Shown one piece after another: positions 27,941 through 41,730 of a stretch of 64,000 nt of DNA. The stretch comes from the human T2T-CHM13v2.0 reference genome, Homo sapiens. Made by a program: the position numbers and the translations under genes. The stretch lies in NCBI RefSeq assembly GCF_009914755.1, contig NC_060936.1; one strand, given 5' to 3'. Within the stretch, counting starts at the first letter, position 1. Each line of letters opens with the position of its first letter. A model generated the notes under the pieces. The model ran no database searches, was not told where the DNA came from, and saw only the letters and a list, made by a program, of their open reading frames with translations.

Positions 27941-28498
27941 CCTGTTCCGCTGTTAGTTTCATCATCAATTCTGTGTTGCTTATTATTCAACCTGTTGTTA
28001 CAAGATACACATTTAAATATAACTAACTCTTAGTCTTTTAATAAATGTTAATTTTTAAAAGCATCGAAACTTATATCCTAATACCAGATGCTGAAGTCTG
28101 TGAACAACTTGCCTGTGTAACACTAGATCATTTATTTAATCTTTCTGGATTTCAAGTTTCTTAACTGTAAAAATGCAAATGATTAACTACCATCTTCTAT
28201 CATTTACGTGTGCAGATAAAAGAAAAGAAAAATAACTTGTATGTTTTTAGGCACATAATAGGGGTTTTCAGTATATGAGTTTCCTTTTCCATTATCAAAA
28301 GAAACACCATCAGAATTAAAATAAAATATGGAAGATCAAAGAAACCCAGAGGGAAAACAAGAAAACAAATAGTTATCCTTTTTAGACAACACATCTAGAG
28401 TACTTGCGTGATATTTGAGAGCAGTATCTTTTAGCTATTAACACAAATTGGTAGGGACAGAATTTAGTTCCAGAAATAGCAGATGATCCTTTGAGACA

Positions 28499-28547
28499 TT
28501 GTACTGTTCAAAGTTATCCAGAGAAATAGGACCAACAGGATCTATCC

Positions 28548-28604
<57 letters not shown>

Positions 28605-29081
28605 GACAAAGATTTACTGTAAGGCATTAGCTCATATAATTAATGGAGCCTAAGAAGTCCAAAGATCTGCAGTTGGTAAGCTGGAGGTGCAGGACAGCCT
28701 ATGTGTAGTTCCATTGTAAATCCAAAGGCCTGAGAACCAAGGAAGTTGATGCTGTAAATTCTAATCCAAAGGTTGGCAGACTCGAAGTCAAGAGCCAACA
28801 TTTCAGTCCAAGTCTGGAGGCCTGGAAAAAAACAGTGTTCCAGCTCAAGAGGTCAGGCAGGAGAAATTCCCCTTTACTCGGCCTTTTTGTTCAATTCAGG
28901 TCCGCAATTTATTGAATAAGGCCAATAACAGTAGGGTGGATGATTTGCTTTACTCAGTCTGCCATTCAAATATTAATCTCATCCAAAAACACCTTCACAG
29001 ATACATCCCAAATAATGTTTAGCCAAATGTGTGGGCATCTCACGGACTAGTTAAGTTGAACTTATAAAATTAAACACAACA
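28499..29081 (-). mobile_element. MLT2B-type ERVL solo LTR
   Basis: ccagagaaataggaccaacagga...aagtccaaagatctgcag...aatctcatccaaaaacaccttcacaga...aaaattaa. Confidence 0.85.
28541..28604. repeat. Tetranucleotide STR TCTA TCCA (TCTA)14
   Basis: Counted directly; lies at the usual simple-repeat position of MLT2. Confidence 0.95.
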
Positions 29082-30309
29082 GGAATGATTCATTGCAAGG
29101 GCTGGTCTTAACTGCTTTTGCACTAAAGCCAGAAGAAAATGCTGGGAACTCCCTGCAAACTGTAAGCCAACAGCTTCTTGAATGTTTTTTTTCTGAGTAT
29201 TTTAATACATAGTATAAGACAGTGGATAATTAAGTACTAAATTATTTAGAAAAGACTAAGTATCTTCATCTTCTGAATCCATGAGCTATACCATTACACT
29301 GATAATTTGATTTTGTACTATCTTGCATTGTTCATTAACTCTTCCAGACTAGGTTATATTTTTGCATAAAGTCATATTTCTCTCTATATAGCTCTTAGCT
29401 TAATGCAATCCTTTTAAAGTAATAAATGAAGTAAAGTAGATAAAGCAAAACCTGTGTCAATGGAAACCAACACAAATGTATTTAATAATATGAAGAAAGC
29501 TGGTCTGGCTTTTATAATAATTCCATGATCCTTTCAAAGAAAATCCAAATGAGAAGCATATTCTAGAAGATATATGAGTCTTAAGAAGCTGGTTTATTCC
29601 CAAAATATCCTTGATAATATAATTTACAAAAAATACCAATTATCCAGTGGACTTGGTAAAATAGCAGCCTATGACCAAGACAGTTTTACATGCTCAACCT
29701 ACATTTCACATATGCAGTTACAAAATATTGCTGATAAAAAGGAAATGAGGCACATAAAACTGCTTAGGGAAAACTGCAAAATATACTTGCAATTTCAGAT
29801 TGAAATAAGAGGACTATCTTCTTGTCAGATTCCCTTACTACATATTAATTATTCATTATGAATGTCAGTTTAGTCTATAATAACAACATTAGAAAAAATA
29901 CTTATAGTTTATTTTATCTTTTAGAAGAAAAATATTCTATGACTATAAAATAATTCATGTGCAACATTACAGTCTAGTATTTTAACATCAATACCCAGCA
30001 TGTAACAAACAGTTTAAGTATACCAGGGACCATGATAGATGCTTTTCAGCTGAAGAATAGGACTGAGATTACTTCTGGCTGGGAATTCAAGAAAGCTGTC
30101 ATGGAAGAGGCAGGAGTTATGAAGGCCTCTGACAGACTAGTAAAATTCAGGCATGAAGAAATGGCTGGGAAGGGCGTTCCATGAGTTGGAAGCAGGTTGA
30201 GCAAAATGTAGAGAGATGGGAAAGAGGCACATTTGTGGAATAAAGAAGAGTTCAGTTTGAATAAAATATAATATTCATGGAGGAAATGCTAAGAAATGGA
30301 GGAGTCATA

Positions 30310-30530
30310 CACAAAGACTTTGGGCTTTGAAATCAGAAAACCCTAAGCTGAAATTCTGGTATATTTAACTTCAGTTTCATCTTCTGTAAAACAGTGCCTT
30401 TCACATAGTGTTACAAAGACAAATGAGGCATGTACAGATACGTGTGTGTGTGTGTGTATGTGTATGTCTGTGTGTGAATACATTGCCTGACACATAGTAA
30501 GTGCTCAATAAAATTATCTATTACTATTAT
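30310..30530 (+). mobile_element. MIR with internal (TG)n
   Basis: gctttgaaatcagaa...cagtttcatcttctgtaaaa...tgcctgacacatagtaagtgctcaataaa. Confidence 0.75.
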
Positions 30531-30708
30531 TATCAGATATATGAATATAATCATAATAGCAAATAAAACTAGATAGGTGGCTTGATGCCTTATTATGGAA
30601 AATCCTAAGTGCATCACTTGCATCACTAAGTAATCATCAAATATAAGTATTTAATAAATCCTAATCTAACAATTCATGAAGCACAATTTTTACGTTTTGG
30701 TATTAAGT

Positions 30709-30933
30709 CAAGAGTTGACAAATTTTTTCTGTAAAGGGCCAGATGGTAAATATTGTAAGCTCTGTAAGGCTACATGATCTTTGTTGTAACTACTCTACTC
30801 TCTTTGGGTAGCGAGAAGGCAGCCACAGGAAATATATAAGCAAATGGGTGTGTCCGTATTCCAAGAAAATTTTACTTACAAAAACAAGCAGTAGACAAGA
30901 TTAAGTTTGTTGGTGATAACTTGTAGATCCCTG
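30709..30933 (+). mobile_element. MER58A (hAT-Charlie)
   Basis: CAAGAGTTGACAAATTTTTTCTGTAAAGGGCCAGAT...GATCCCTG; 8-bp TSD TATTAAGT / TCTTAAGT. Confidence 0.9.
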
Positions 30934-31537
30934 TCTTAAGTACTTCCTATGGAAATGTTTTCCCTTTTATGGACAGACCTAGAAGAATGTTATATTATAC
31001 ATTTTCATTTCCATATTCATATTATAGATGAACATTCTCACTGTGTAATTAAAAACTAAGGTTTTCAATATAAAGCTAGAAATTTGTCATTTGTACAAAA
31101 AATGGCATTATATCTAACACCAGGGCAGTCCTTTGTACACAGCAACTGTTCAATATATGCTCATTAAATAGATAAATAAATAAGACCAATGAAATCTTTA
31201 CATTTTAAAGTAACTTTGTTGTAGTGATTGTACATGACTACCACTTCTGGGAGAAACAGTACAGAAATCATAAGTAAAAAAGCCCAAGTATCCTGTTTCA
31301 GTATTTTCAGTGAGAAAGTACTCACTATGTACCACTTGAGGAAGATAATATTTAACAGTAATTTAAGAGAATTAGTTAATAATCCAAATAATTAACACAT
31401 TTTACTTTCTCTAGTGAAGGTTTGTTAAAAAGTAACAATTCTCTTAAATATACCGGGTTTGAACTTCCATTACTATCACCAACAATAGTGTTAAATATTC
31501 AAGTCTTAATTAGCCAGCAACTTTACCAGATGAAATG

Positions 31538-32377
<840 letters not shown>

Positions 32378-32429
32378 GTAAATGTTTGGTTAACGTTTAT
32401 AACATGGCCAACATGTTTGTGCTACAATG

Positions 32430-32830
32430 GTGCTTAGACTTTCAGCCTTGTTTTGAAGGAGCTGACTACTTAATGGAAAACATAGAAGGGCAAATATAAT
32501 TACAAAATTGTGTTACTTATGCTACAAATTCAGCAATATGGGAACACAGAAGAATGAGCCACTAACCAAATGAGGGGGCCAGAGCAGAAAGTTAGGTTAT
32601 AGGCAGAAAGAGAAAGTGAAGAAAAAAAATGTAATAGCCTTGAGGAATGAGTGCCATCAAGAACTCAAAGAGGGAGAAGCATTCCAGGCAAAGAAAACAG
32701 AATATGCAACAGGGCAGAAGCATGAACGAGCATTATGCCTTTGGGAAGCTATAAATAGTTCAGCTTGGCTGAAGCACAGGATATGTGTGGAAAAGTGAAT
32801 GGAGATGATGTTGGCAAGATAAAGTATTCA
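32430..32830 (-). mobile_element. L2 fragment
   Basis: gaagcattccaggcaaagaaaacag...ttcagcttggctgaagcacagg. Confidence 0.6.
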
Positions 32831-33944
32831 GATGAAAGATGGAAAGGTGTATAAAAAGAAAACAAAATTGCCTTTGTAAAAGATTAAATTTTTCTATTTA
32901 GGAAAAAAAGTCAGCCACATTGCATTTCTAAAATTACTTTCCTTGAGGCTATGATCAAATGCTACTTTCATCTATAAAAAGAACAGACCACAAGGCTATA
33001 GTCACTTTAAAATTCTCTGCATGCAAGAGGCCACATCTGTGTGCTAAAGAGTAGAATGATTGACTAGCAGCTTCAAGCCAATAAGAACTTTGGTCTTATC
33101 TACACCAGAGAAGTTCTAGCAAAGAGTCAAAAACTCGAAGAGTTAGAGGACATCTAAAAGTCCAAGATCTCAATTCAAACATAAAAAGCAGTGCAATGAA
33201 CAGATGGTTGGGAGAGTGTGCTCTCTCCCACCTTTCCTTTACTTTTGTTTCCTCCTCTTTCTCAACCCATGGCAGGGAGATGGTCTTTTAGCATAATAAT
33301 TCACCAGAGGTATGCTGTAATTGGTGAGCAATATTAGTAGGAGAAATGTTTCCTTGTCTTATAAATTCTCTACTCTGAAGAATCTCAAGGATTTATGAGA
33401 AATGCAGGAGTCTTGTAGAATTTTACCTTCCTCCTCCCAGGATGATGCCAAGAATGACAATTCCCTGGCCTTGGCTAGCAAGACTGAACTAGAATCCTGG
33501 AGAACTGCACAGTTAAGAAAATGAAAGAGAAAGGGAGGCCATAGAAGATGGGTTCCCTCCCAATGCTTACTTTTATGGACTAAATGTTAAGCAATGAAGA
33601 AAGTAAAAAAGAAAGAAAATATTTTGCATCACATCAGTAATCCGTGGATTCTCTGTTTTACTAATGCACTTGTGCTTCAATTCTTATTTTGGCTCTTCAG
33701 GCTCTCCTGGTTTTGAGTCCCATTTTAGGTTGTATGCTTTCCCTTTTGTCTTAACAACCTATTCTTTTCTCCGGTTGTACTCTTAGTGGTCCCTGTATTC
33801 ATCTTCTATATCTTTCTATTCATTCCAAAATTATGTAAACACCCAACCTGACCAAGACACACCCTAGCACTAGCCCACCAGGCCAGAACCCCTACTAAGT
33901 AGCCACTGACTCTCTATGAAAGGAAGTTAGAAAATGAACCTGCT

Positions 33945-36900
33945 GAGAGTAAAGGGGGAAAAAGGTGGATAGGAGGCAGGACTAACTTGCAGCTGCCACT
34001 CAGATGGACAGAGCAGCATGTGGAGACCCACATCATGAACTTTTGCTCCAAGAACTACCATAGGAACATACCAGGAAAGCAGAGAAAACCACAGACCCTT
34101 TGAAGGAGTAGATTGCAACTGCAGGCTCTGTGAGTCAGCTTGCTTTCTCAGCAGGGAGGTTTGTAGCCTGGGGCAAGTTCTTAGTCCTGCTCATAGGCTG
34201 CCTGGAAATAAACGGTGCTGTTGGCAGGGCACAGTGGGAATGAGACTGGCCTTTTGGGCTGTGGGCTGTGTGGGAGTTGGGTGAGGTCTGTGGCTGCTGG
34301 CTTTCCACCACTTTCCTGGTGACCTGTGCGACTCAGCAGAGGCAGCCATAATCCCCCTGGGATATAACTCCATTGGCCTGGGAACTGCAACCCCACCCCC
34401 AACAGTAGCCACAGCAAACCCCACCCAAGGAGAGTCTGAGCTCAGACACACCTAACCCTGTCCCCACTTGATGGTTATTGTCTGCTGGCCCTGGTAGCTG
34501 AAGACTAAGGACATAATCTCTTGGGAACTCTATGGCCCCACCCACGGCCTGATCCTTCCTATACTACTGCAGCTGATGTGCTATTGAAAGCACCACCTCC
34601 TGGCTTGAGGACAACCAAAACAAAACCAGCGCACTTAACAAAAATACAACCAAGGACCCTCAGAGAGTCCACTTCACTCTCCTGATACCTCCACCAGAGC
34701 AGGTGCTGGTATGGTATCCACAGCTGAGAGACCTGAAGATGGGTCAAATCACAGAACTCTTTGCAGACACTCCCAGTACCAGCCTGGAGCCCAGTAGCTC
34801 CACTGGGAGGCTAGATTCAGAAGAAAAATAACAGTCACTTCAGCTCTCAGGAAGCCCCATCCCTAGGGGAAAGGGAAGAGCACCATATCAAGAGAGCACC
34901 CCATTAGACAAAGAATCTTAACAGAAGCCCTTGAGTCCTAGATCTTCTCTCTGAAATAGTCTACCCAAATAAGAAGGAACCAGAAAAAAACAATTCTGGT
35001 AATATGACAAAACAAGGTTCTTTAACACCTCCAAAAGAACATACTGGCTTACCAGCAATGGGTCAAGATCAACAGGAAACCTCTGAATTGCCAGAAAAAG
35101 AATTCAGAAGGTCGACTACTGAGCCAATCAAGGAGGCACCAGAGGAAGGTTAAGTGCAACTTAAAGAAATCAAAAAAGATGATACAGGATATGAATGGAA
35201 AAATCTCCAGTGAAATAGATAGCATAAAAAAAATCACAACTTCTGGAAATGAAGGACACACTTAGAGAATTACAAAATGCACTGGGAAGTCTCACAATAG
35301 AATCAAACAAGTAGAAGAAAAAAACTTCAGAGCTTGAAATCAAGGCTTTCAAATTAACCCAATCTGATAAAGACAAAGAAAATTTTTTTTTTAAAATGAA
35401 CAAGGCCTCCAAGAAAATTTGGGATTATATTAAATGATCAAACCTAAAACTAATTGATGTTCCCGAGGGAGAATAGAAATCTAAAAGTTTGGAAAACATA
35501 TTTGAGGGAATAATAGAGAAAAACTTTCCCAGCCTTGCTAGAGATCTAGACATCCAAATACAAAAAGCTCAAAAAACACCTGGGAAATTCATCACAAAAA
35601 GATCATCGCCTAGGCACCTGATAGTCATCAGGTTATCTAAAGTCAAGATGAAGAGCTGTGAGGCAAAAGCATCAGATAACCTATAAAGGAAAACTTATCA
35701 GATTAACAGCAGATTTCTCAGCAGAAATCCTACAAGCTAGAAGGGATTGGGGTTCTCTTTAGCCTCCTTAAATAAAACAATTATCAGCCAAGAATTTTGT
35801 GTCCAGTGAAACTAAGCTGCATAAATGAAAAAAAGATGGTGTTTTTCAGAAAAATAAACGCTGAATTTGCCACTACCAAGCCATCACTAAAAGAATGGCT
35901 AAAAGGAGCTCTAAATTTTTTTTTAACCTCTAAATCTTGAAACAAATCCTCGAAATACACCAAAATAGAATCTCCTTAAAGCACAAATCTCACAGGACCT
36001 ATAAAACAACAACACTATGAAAAAAAAACCAAGGTATTCAGGCAACAAATAGCATGATAAACAGAACAGAACTTCATGTCTTAATATTAACATTGAATGT
36101 AAATGGCCTAAATGATCCACTTAAAAGACACAGAATGGTAGAATGGATGAGAATTCACTAGCCAAGTATCTGCTGTCTTCAAGAGAGTCACCCAACACAT
36201 AAGGACTCACATAAACGTAAGGTAAAGGGGTGAAAAAAGATACTTCATGCAAATAGACACCAAAAGCAAGCAGGAGTAGCTGTTCTTATATTAGACAAAA
36301 CAAACTTTAAAGCAGCAGCAGTTAAAAAAGACAAAGAAGGACATACATAATGATAAAATGACTAGTCCAATAGGAAAACATCACAAACCTAAATATACAT
36401 GCACCTAACACTGGAAGTCCCAAATTTATAAAACAATTTCTACTAGACCTAAGAAATGAGATGGACAGCAACACAATAATAGTCGGGGACTTCAATATTC
36501 CACAGACAGCAGTCAGGTCTTCAAGACAGAAAGTCAACAAAGAACTATACCCTAGAACAAATGGACTAAACGGATATTTACAGAACAGATATTTACAGAA
36601 TATTCTACCCAACAACTGCAGAATATACATTCTACTCATCAGCACAGGGGACATTCTCCAAGATAGACCATATGATAGGCCATAAAACAAGTCTCAACAA
36701 ATTTAAGAAACTCAAAATCATAGCAAGTACTCTCTCAGAGCACAGTGGAATAAAATTGGAACTCAACTCCAAAAGAAACCCTGAAAACCATGCAAATACA
36801 TAGAAACTGAATAACCTACTCCTGAATGATTACTGCATAAACAATGAAATCAATATGAAAATTAAAAAATTTACACTGAACAATAATAGTGACACAACCT

Positions 36901-39900
36901 ATCAAAACCTCTGGGATACAGCAAAGGTGGTGCTAAGAGAAAAGTTCATAGCATCAAATGTCTACTTCAAAACATCTGAGAGCACAAATAGACAATCTAA
37001 AGTCATATCTCAAGAAGATAGAGAGACAAGAACCAAACCCAAATCTAGAAGAAAAAAAGAAATAACCAAGATCGGAGCAGAACTAAATGAAATTGAAAAA
37101 AAAAAAATACAAAAGATAAACAGAAAGCTGGTTCTTTGAAAAGATAAATAAAATTGATAGACCATTAGCGAGACTAACTAAGAAAAGAAGAGAGAAGATC
37201 CAAATAAGTGCAATTAGAAATGAAACAGGAGATATTACAACCAATCCCACAGAAATACAAAAGACCATTTAAGGTTACTATGAACACTTTTATGTGCATA
37301 AACTAGAAAACCTAGAGGAGATGGATAAATTCCTGGAAATATATAACCCTCCTAGATTAAACCAGGAAGAAATAGAAACTCTGAACAGACCAACAACAAG
37401 CAGCAAGATTGAAATGGTAATTAAAAAGTTACTGAGAAAAAAAGGCCAGGACCAGATAGATACACAGCTAAATTCTCTCAGACATTCAAAGAAGAATTGG
37501 TACCAATCCTGTTGATATCTATTCCAAAAGATATAGAAAAAGAGAATCCCCCCTAAATTATTCTATGAAGCCAGTATCACCATAATACCAAAACCAGGAA
37601 AGGACATAACATAAAAAGAAAACTACAGACCAATATCCCTGATTAACATAGATACAAAAATCCTAAACAAAATATTACTTAACTGAATCCTACAGCATAT
37701 CAAAAAGATAATCCACCATGATCAACTGGGTTTCATACAAGGAATGCAGGGATGGTTTAACATTCACAAATCAATAAATGTGATACACCACATAAACAGA
37801 ATTAAAAACAAAAATTACATGATCATCTGAATAGATGCAGAAAAAGCATTTGATGAAATCCAGCATCCCTTTATGATTAAAACCCTAAGTAAAATTAGCA
37901 TAAAGGTCATTCGTTAATGTAATAAAAGCATCTATGACAAACCCACAGCCGACATTATACTGAATGGGGAAAATTTGAAAGCATTCCCCCTGAGAACTGG
38001 AACAAGACAAGGATGCCCACTTTCACCACTTCTATTAAACATAGTACTGGAAGTCCTAGCCAGAGAAATCAGATAAAAGAAAGAAATAAAGGCCATCCAA
38101 ATCAATAAAGAGGAAGTTAAACTGTCACTGTTTGCTGATGACATGATCACATACCTAGGAAACCCTAAAGGCTTATACAAAAAGTTCCTAGAACTGGTAA
38201 ATGAATTCAGCAAAGTTTCAGGATACAAAATTAACATACACAAATCAGTAGCCTTGCTATACACCAACAGTTTTCAAGCTGAGAATCAAATCAAGAACTC
38301 AACCCCTTTTACAATAGCTACAAAAAAAAAAATTAGGAATATACTCAACCAAAGAGGTGAAAGCCTGCTACAAGGAAAACTACAAAACATTGCTGAAAGA
38401 AATCATAGATTGACATAAACAAATAGAAACACATCCCAATCTCATGAATGAGCAGAATCAATATTGTGAAAAATGACCATACTGCCAAAAGCAATCTACA
38501 AATTAAATGCAATTCCCATCAAATTACCACCATCATTCTTCACAGAACTAGAAAAAACAATCCTAAAATTCATACGGACCCCAAAAAGAGCCCACATAAC
38601 CAAAACAAGACTAAGCAAAAAGAACAAATCCAGAGGCATTACATTACTGAACTTCAAACTATACTATAAGGCCACAGTTGCCAAAACAGCATGGTACTGG
38701 TATAATAACATATGGACCAATGGAACTGAATAGAGAATCCAGAACCCAGAACCCATAAATAAAGCCAAATGTTTACTGTCAACCAGTCTTTGACAAAGCA
38801 AACAAAAATATAAAGTGCATAAAGGACACCCTATTTAACAAATGGTGCTGGGATAATTGGCAAGCCACGTAAAAGAATGAAACTGGATCCTCATCTCTCC
38901 CCTTAAACAAAAATCAACTCAAGATGGATTAAAGACTTAATTCTAAGACCTGAAACCATAACAATTCTAGGAGATAACATTGGAAAAACCTTTCTAGACA
39001 TTGGCTTAAGCAAAGACTTCATGACCAAGAACCCAAAAACAAATGCAACAAAAACAGAGATAAATAGATGGGACTTAATTAAACTAAAAAGCTTCTGCAC
39101 AGCAAAAGAAATAATCAGCAGAGTAAACAGACAACCCACAGAGTGGGAGAAAATCTTCACAATCTACACATCCAACAAAAGCTACAAGGAACTCAAACAT
39201 ATCAGCAAGAAAAAAACAGTCTCATCAAAAATTGAGTTAAGGACATGAATAGACAGTTACCAAAAGAAGATATACAAATGGCCAACAAACATATAAAAAA
39301 ATGCTCAACATCACTAATGATCAGGGAAATGCAAATCAAAACCAAAATGAGATACCACCTTACTCCTGCAAGAATGGCCATAATAACAAAAAAAAAAAAT
39401 GGATGTTAACATGGATGTGGTGAAAAGGGAACACTTTTACATTGTTGATGGGAATGTAAACTAATAAAACCACCACTGAAAACAGTGTGGAGATTCCTCA
39501 AAGAAGTAAAAGTAGATCTACCATTTGATCCAACAATCCCACTCCTGGGTACCTACCCAGAGGAAAATAAGTCATTATACAAAAAAAGATACTTGCACAC
39601 ACATGTTTATAGCAGCACAATTCACAATTGCAAAAATATAGAACCAGCCCAAATGCCCATCAATCAACGAGTGGATAAAGAAAATGTGGTGGATATATAC
39701 ATGTATATATATATATATATACACATACACACACCATGGAATACTACTTAGCCATAAAAAGGAACAAAATAATGGCATTTGCAGCAACCTGGATAGAACT
39801 GGTGACCATTATTCTAAGGGAAGTAACTCAGGAATGGAAAACCAAACATATGTTCTCACTCATAAGTGGGAGCTATGCTATGAGGATGCAAAGGCATAAG

Positions 39901-40098
39901 AATGATACAATGGACTTTGGAGACTCAGGGGAAAGAGTGGAAGGGCAGTGAGGGATAAAAGTCTACACATTGGGTACAGTGTACACTGTTCAGGTGATGA
40001 GTACACCAAAATCTCAGAAATCACCACTAAAGAACTTATTCATGTAACCAAATACGAACTGTTTCCTAAAAACCTATTAAAATTAAAAAAAAAGAAGA
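33945..40098 (+). mobile_element. Full-length L1PB1-type LINE, ORF1 and ORF2 heavily disrupted
   Basis: L1PB 5' UTR (ggataggaggcaggactaacttgcagct), fragmented ORF1/ORF2 peptides in the ORF track, L1PB1 3' UTR; 16-bp TSD AGAAAATGAACCTGCT (33929-33944) / AGAAAATGAACTTGCT (40099-40114). Confidence 0.92.
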
Positions 40099-40772
40099 AG
40101 AAAATGAACTTGCTAAATCCCTGAATAAAATATCACAGTAGTTGGAGGTGAAATGACATTCATTCTTCCACATGACAGTGTAAATTCCAGTAGTATTCCT
40201 TCACACTCATTTAAAAATGAGTCTAATCTCATCAGATGATGCTATAGTCCATACTTCCTCATAGCTATAATTTATGAACTTCTTTTTACTCTCTTTTATT
40301 TATCAGAGAATTAGCATGTATCTCCCAATCTTGCTTTCCACCTCAAGCCTATCATCATTTTGGGAACTGTCAGTTTCCTCGTACATTTTCAATCAATCTC
40401 TTGAGCCTGAGTGTTTTGATTTCTACTTACGTAATCTTTGCTTTAATTCTATTCAGATTACCATGTCTAAGGCTAACCCATGTATTTCATTATGAACAGC
40501 AACTACTTCATATAGATATTTAATCTCTAGTAACTCATTCTGTGGATACAATGTCCAATCACTTCCTCTCTCTTCCACACTACATCTATTGTTTAATCCC
40601 ATCTCTATCCTTTTATCCATCTAGTTTCATCCAACCTATCAGTCCCTTTCCATCTTCACATTTACTTATTTAGTTTAGACACAATGGCCCATCACTTAAC
40701 AACTCTCTTGCCAGTAACTACATTCACTCTTGTTATTTTACCACATACACTGAGCAAAACCCTATTCCTATT

Positions 40773-41205
40773 TGCAGTTGACACTTTAATGTACCACCCA
40801 GATTCAACTTCAGATATAAAACATTTATTCTCCTAGCTGTATGATGTGTTGCTGGCAGACAGTCTTCAGCTGTCAGCTTTCTTTTGGAATTGCCTCAACT
40901 GAAGAGAATGGACTGACCCAAGGCCATGCCCCCTTCCAGGTGCAAGCTGCTTTCAATGTCAGGTCAACACAAGTGTATAATAGTCCTGTCCTATCGCCAA
41001 CTTGGAATGACTTTGAAGAGTCATCCCAGTTTCAGAATTCCCTAGGGAGCCTTTGGATGGCTATATTGAGACTTCATCACAGCCTGATCTCTCCAGCTGC
41101 CATTTCTGGCTTCCCTTTAACAGGTGTTGCCTCCGAAATCACTCAATAAATCTCCTGTATGCTAACCTACATCTCAAAGTCAGCTTTCTGGTGAATCCAT
41201 CTTGG
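40773..41205 (+). mobile_element. LTR16-family ERVL solo LTR
   Basis: ttcagctgtcagc...tgcctcaactgaagaga...caataaatctcctgtatgctaacctacatctcaaagtcagctttctgg. Confidence 0.75.
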
Positions 41206-41328
41206 ATTGAACTCAGTTGTTCTCAGTGGCCCCTTCTGCATCTTTTTAACCAATTAGGTACTAATGACTGAGACAGAAAAATCATACAACTGCTAGAAAT
41301 TAATGTTATCAAATGATTTGATATTCTC

Positions 41329-41730
41329 TGATATGGTTTGTATACTTGTCTCCTCCAAATCTCATGTTGAAATGTGTTCCCCACTGTTGGAGATGGGCAT
41401 ACTGGGAGGTGTTTGCATTATGGGAATGGATCCCTCATGAATGGCCTGGTGCCCTCCCTGTGGAGGTCATGAGTTACCATGAGATCTGGCTGTTAAAAAG
41501 AGTCTAGGATCTACCTCTTCTCTCTTGCTCACTCTCTCATCATGTGATATGCCTTCTCCCCCTTTACCTTCCACCATGAGTAAAGGTTCCTGAGGCCTCA
41601 TTGTAAGCTGAGCAGATGTTCATGCCATGCTTGAACATCCTGCAGAACTGCAAGCCAAACAAACCTCCTTTCTTTATAAATTACTCAGTCTCAGGTATTC
41701 CTTTACAGCAATACAAAATGGAATAACACA
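41329..41730 (+). mobile_element. MSTB-type MaLR solo LTR
   Basis: TGATATGGTTTG...ctccaaatctcatgttgaaatgtg...ATAACACA. Confidence 0.88.

Noticed and set aside
36571-36603. Short tandem duplications (here, and at about 6797-6818, 8705-8742 and 58402-58430)
   Set aside because: Ordinary slippage duplications inside old repeats, with no shared unit or organisation.
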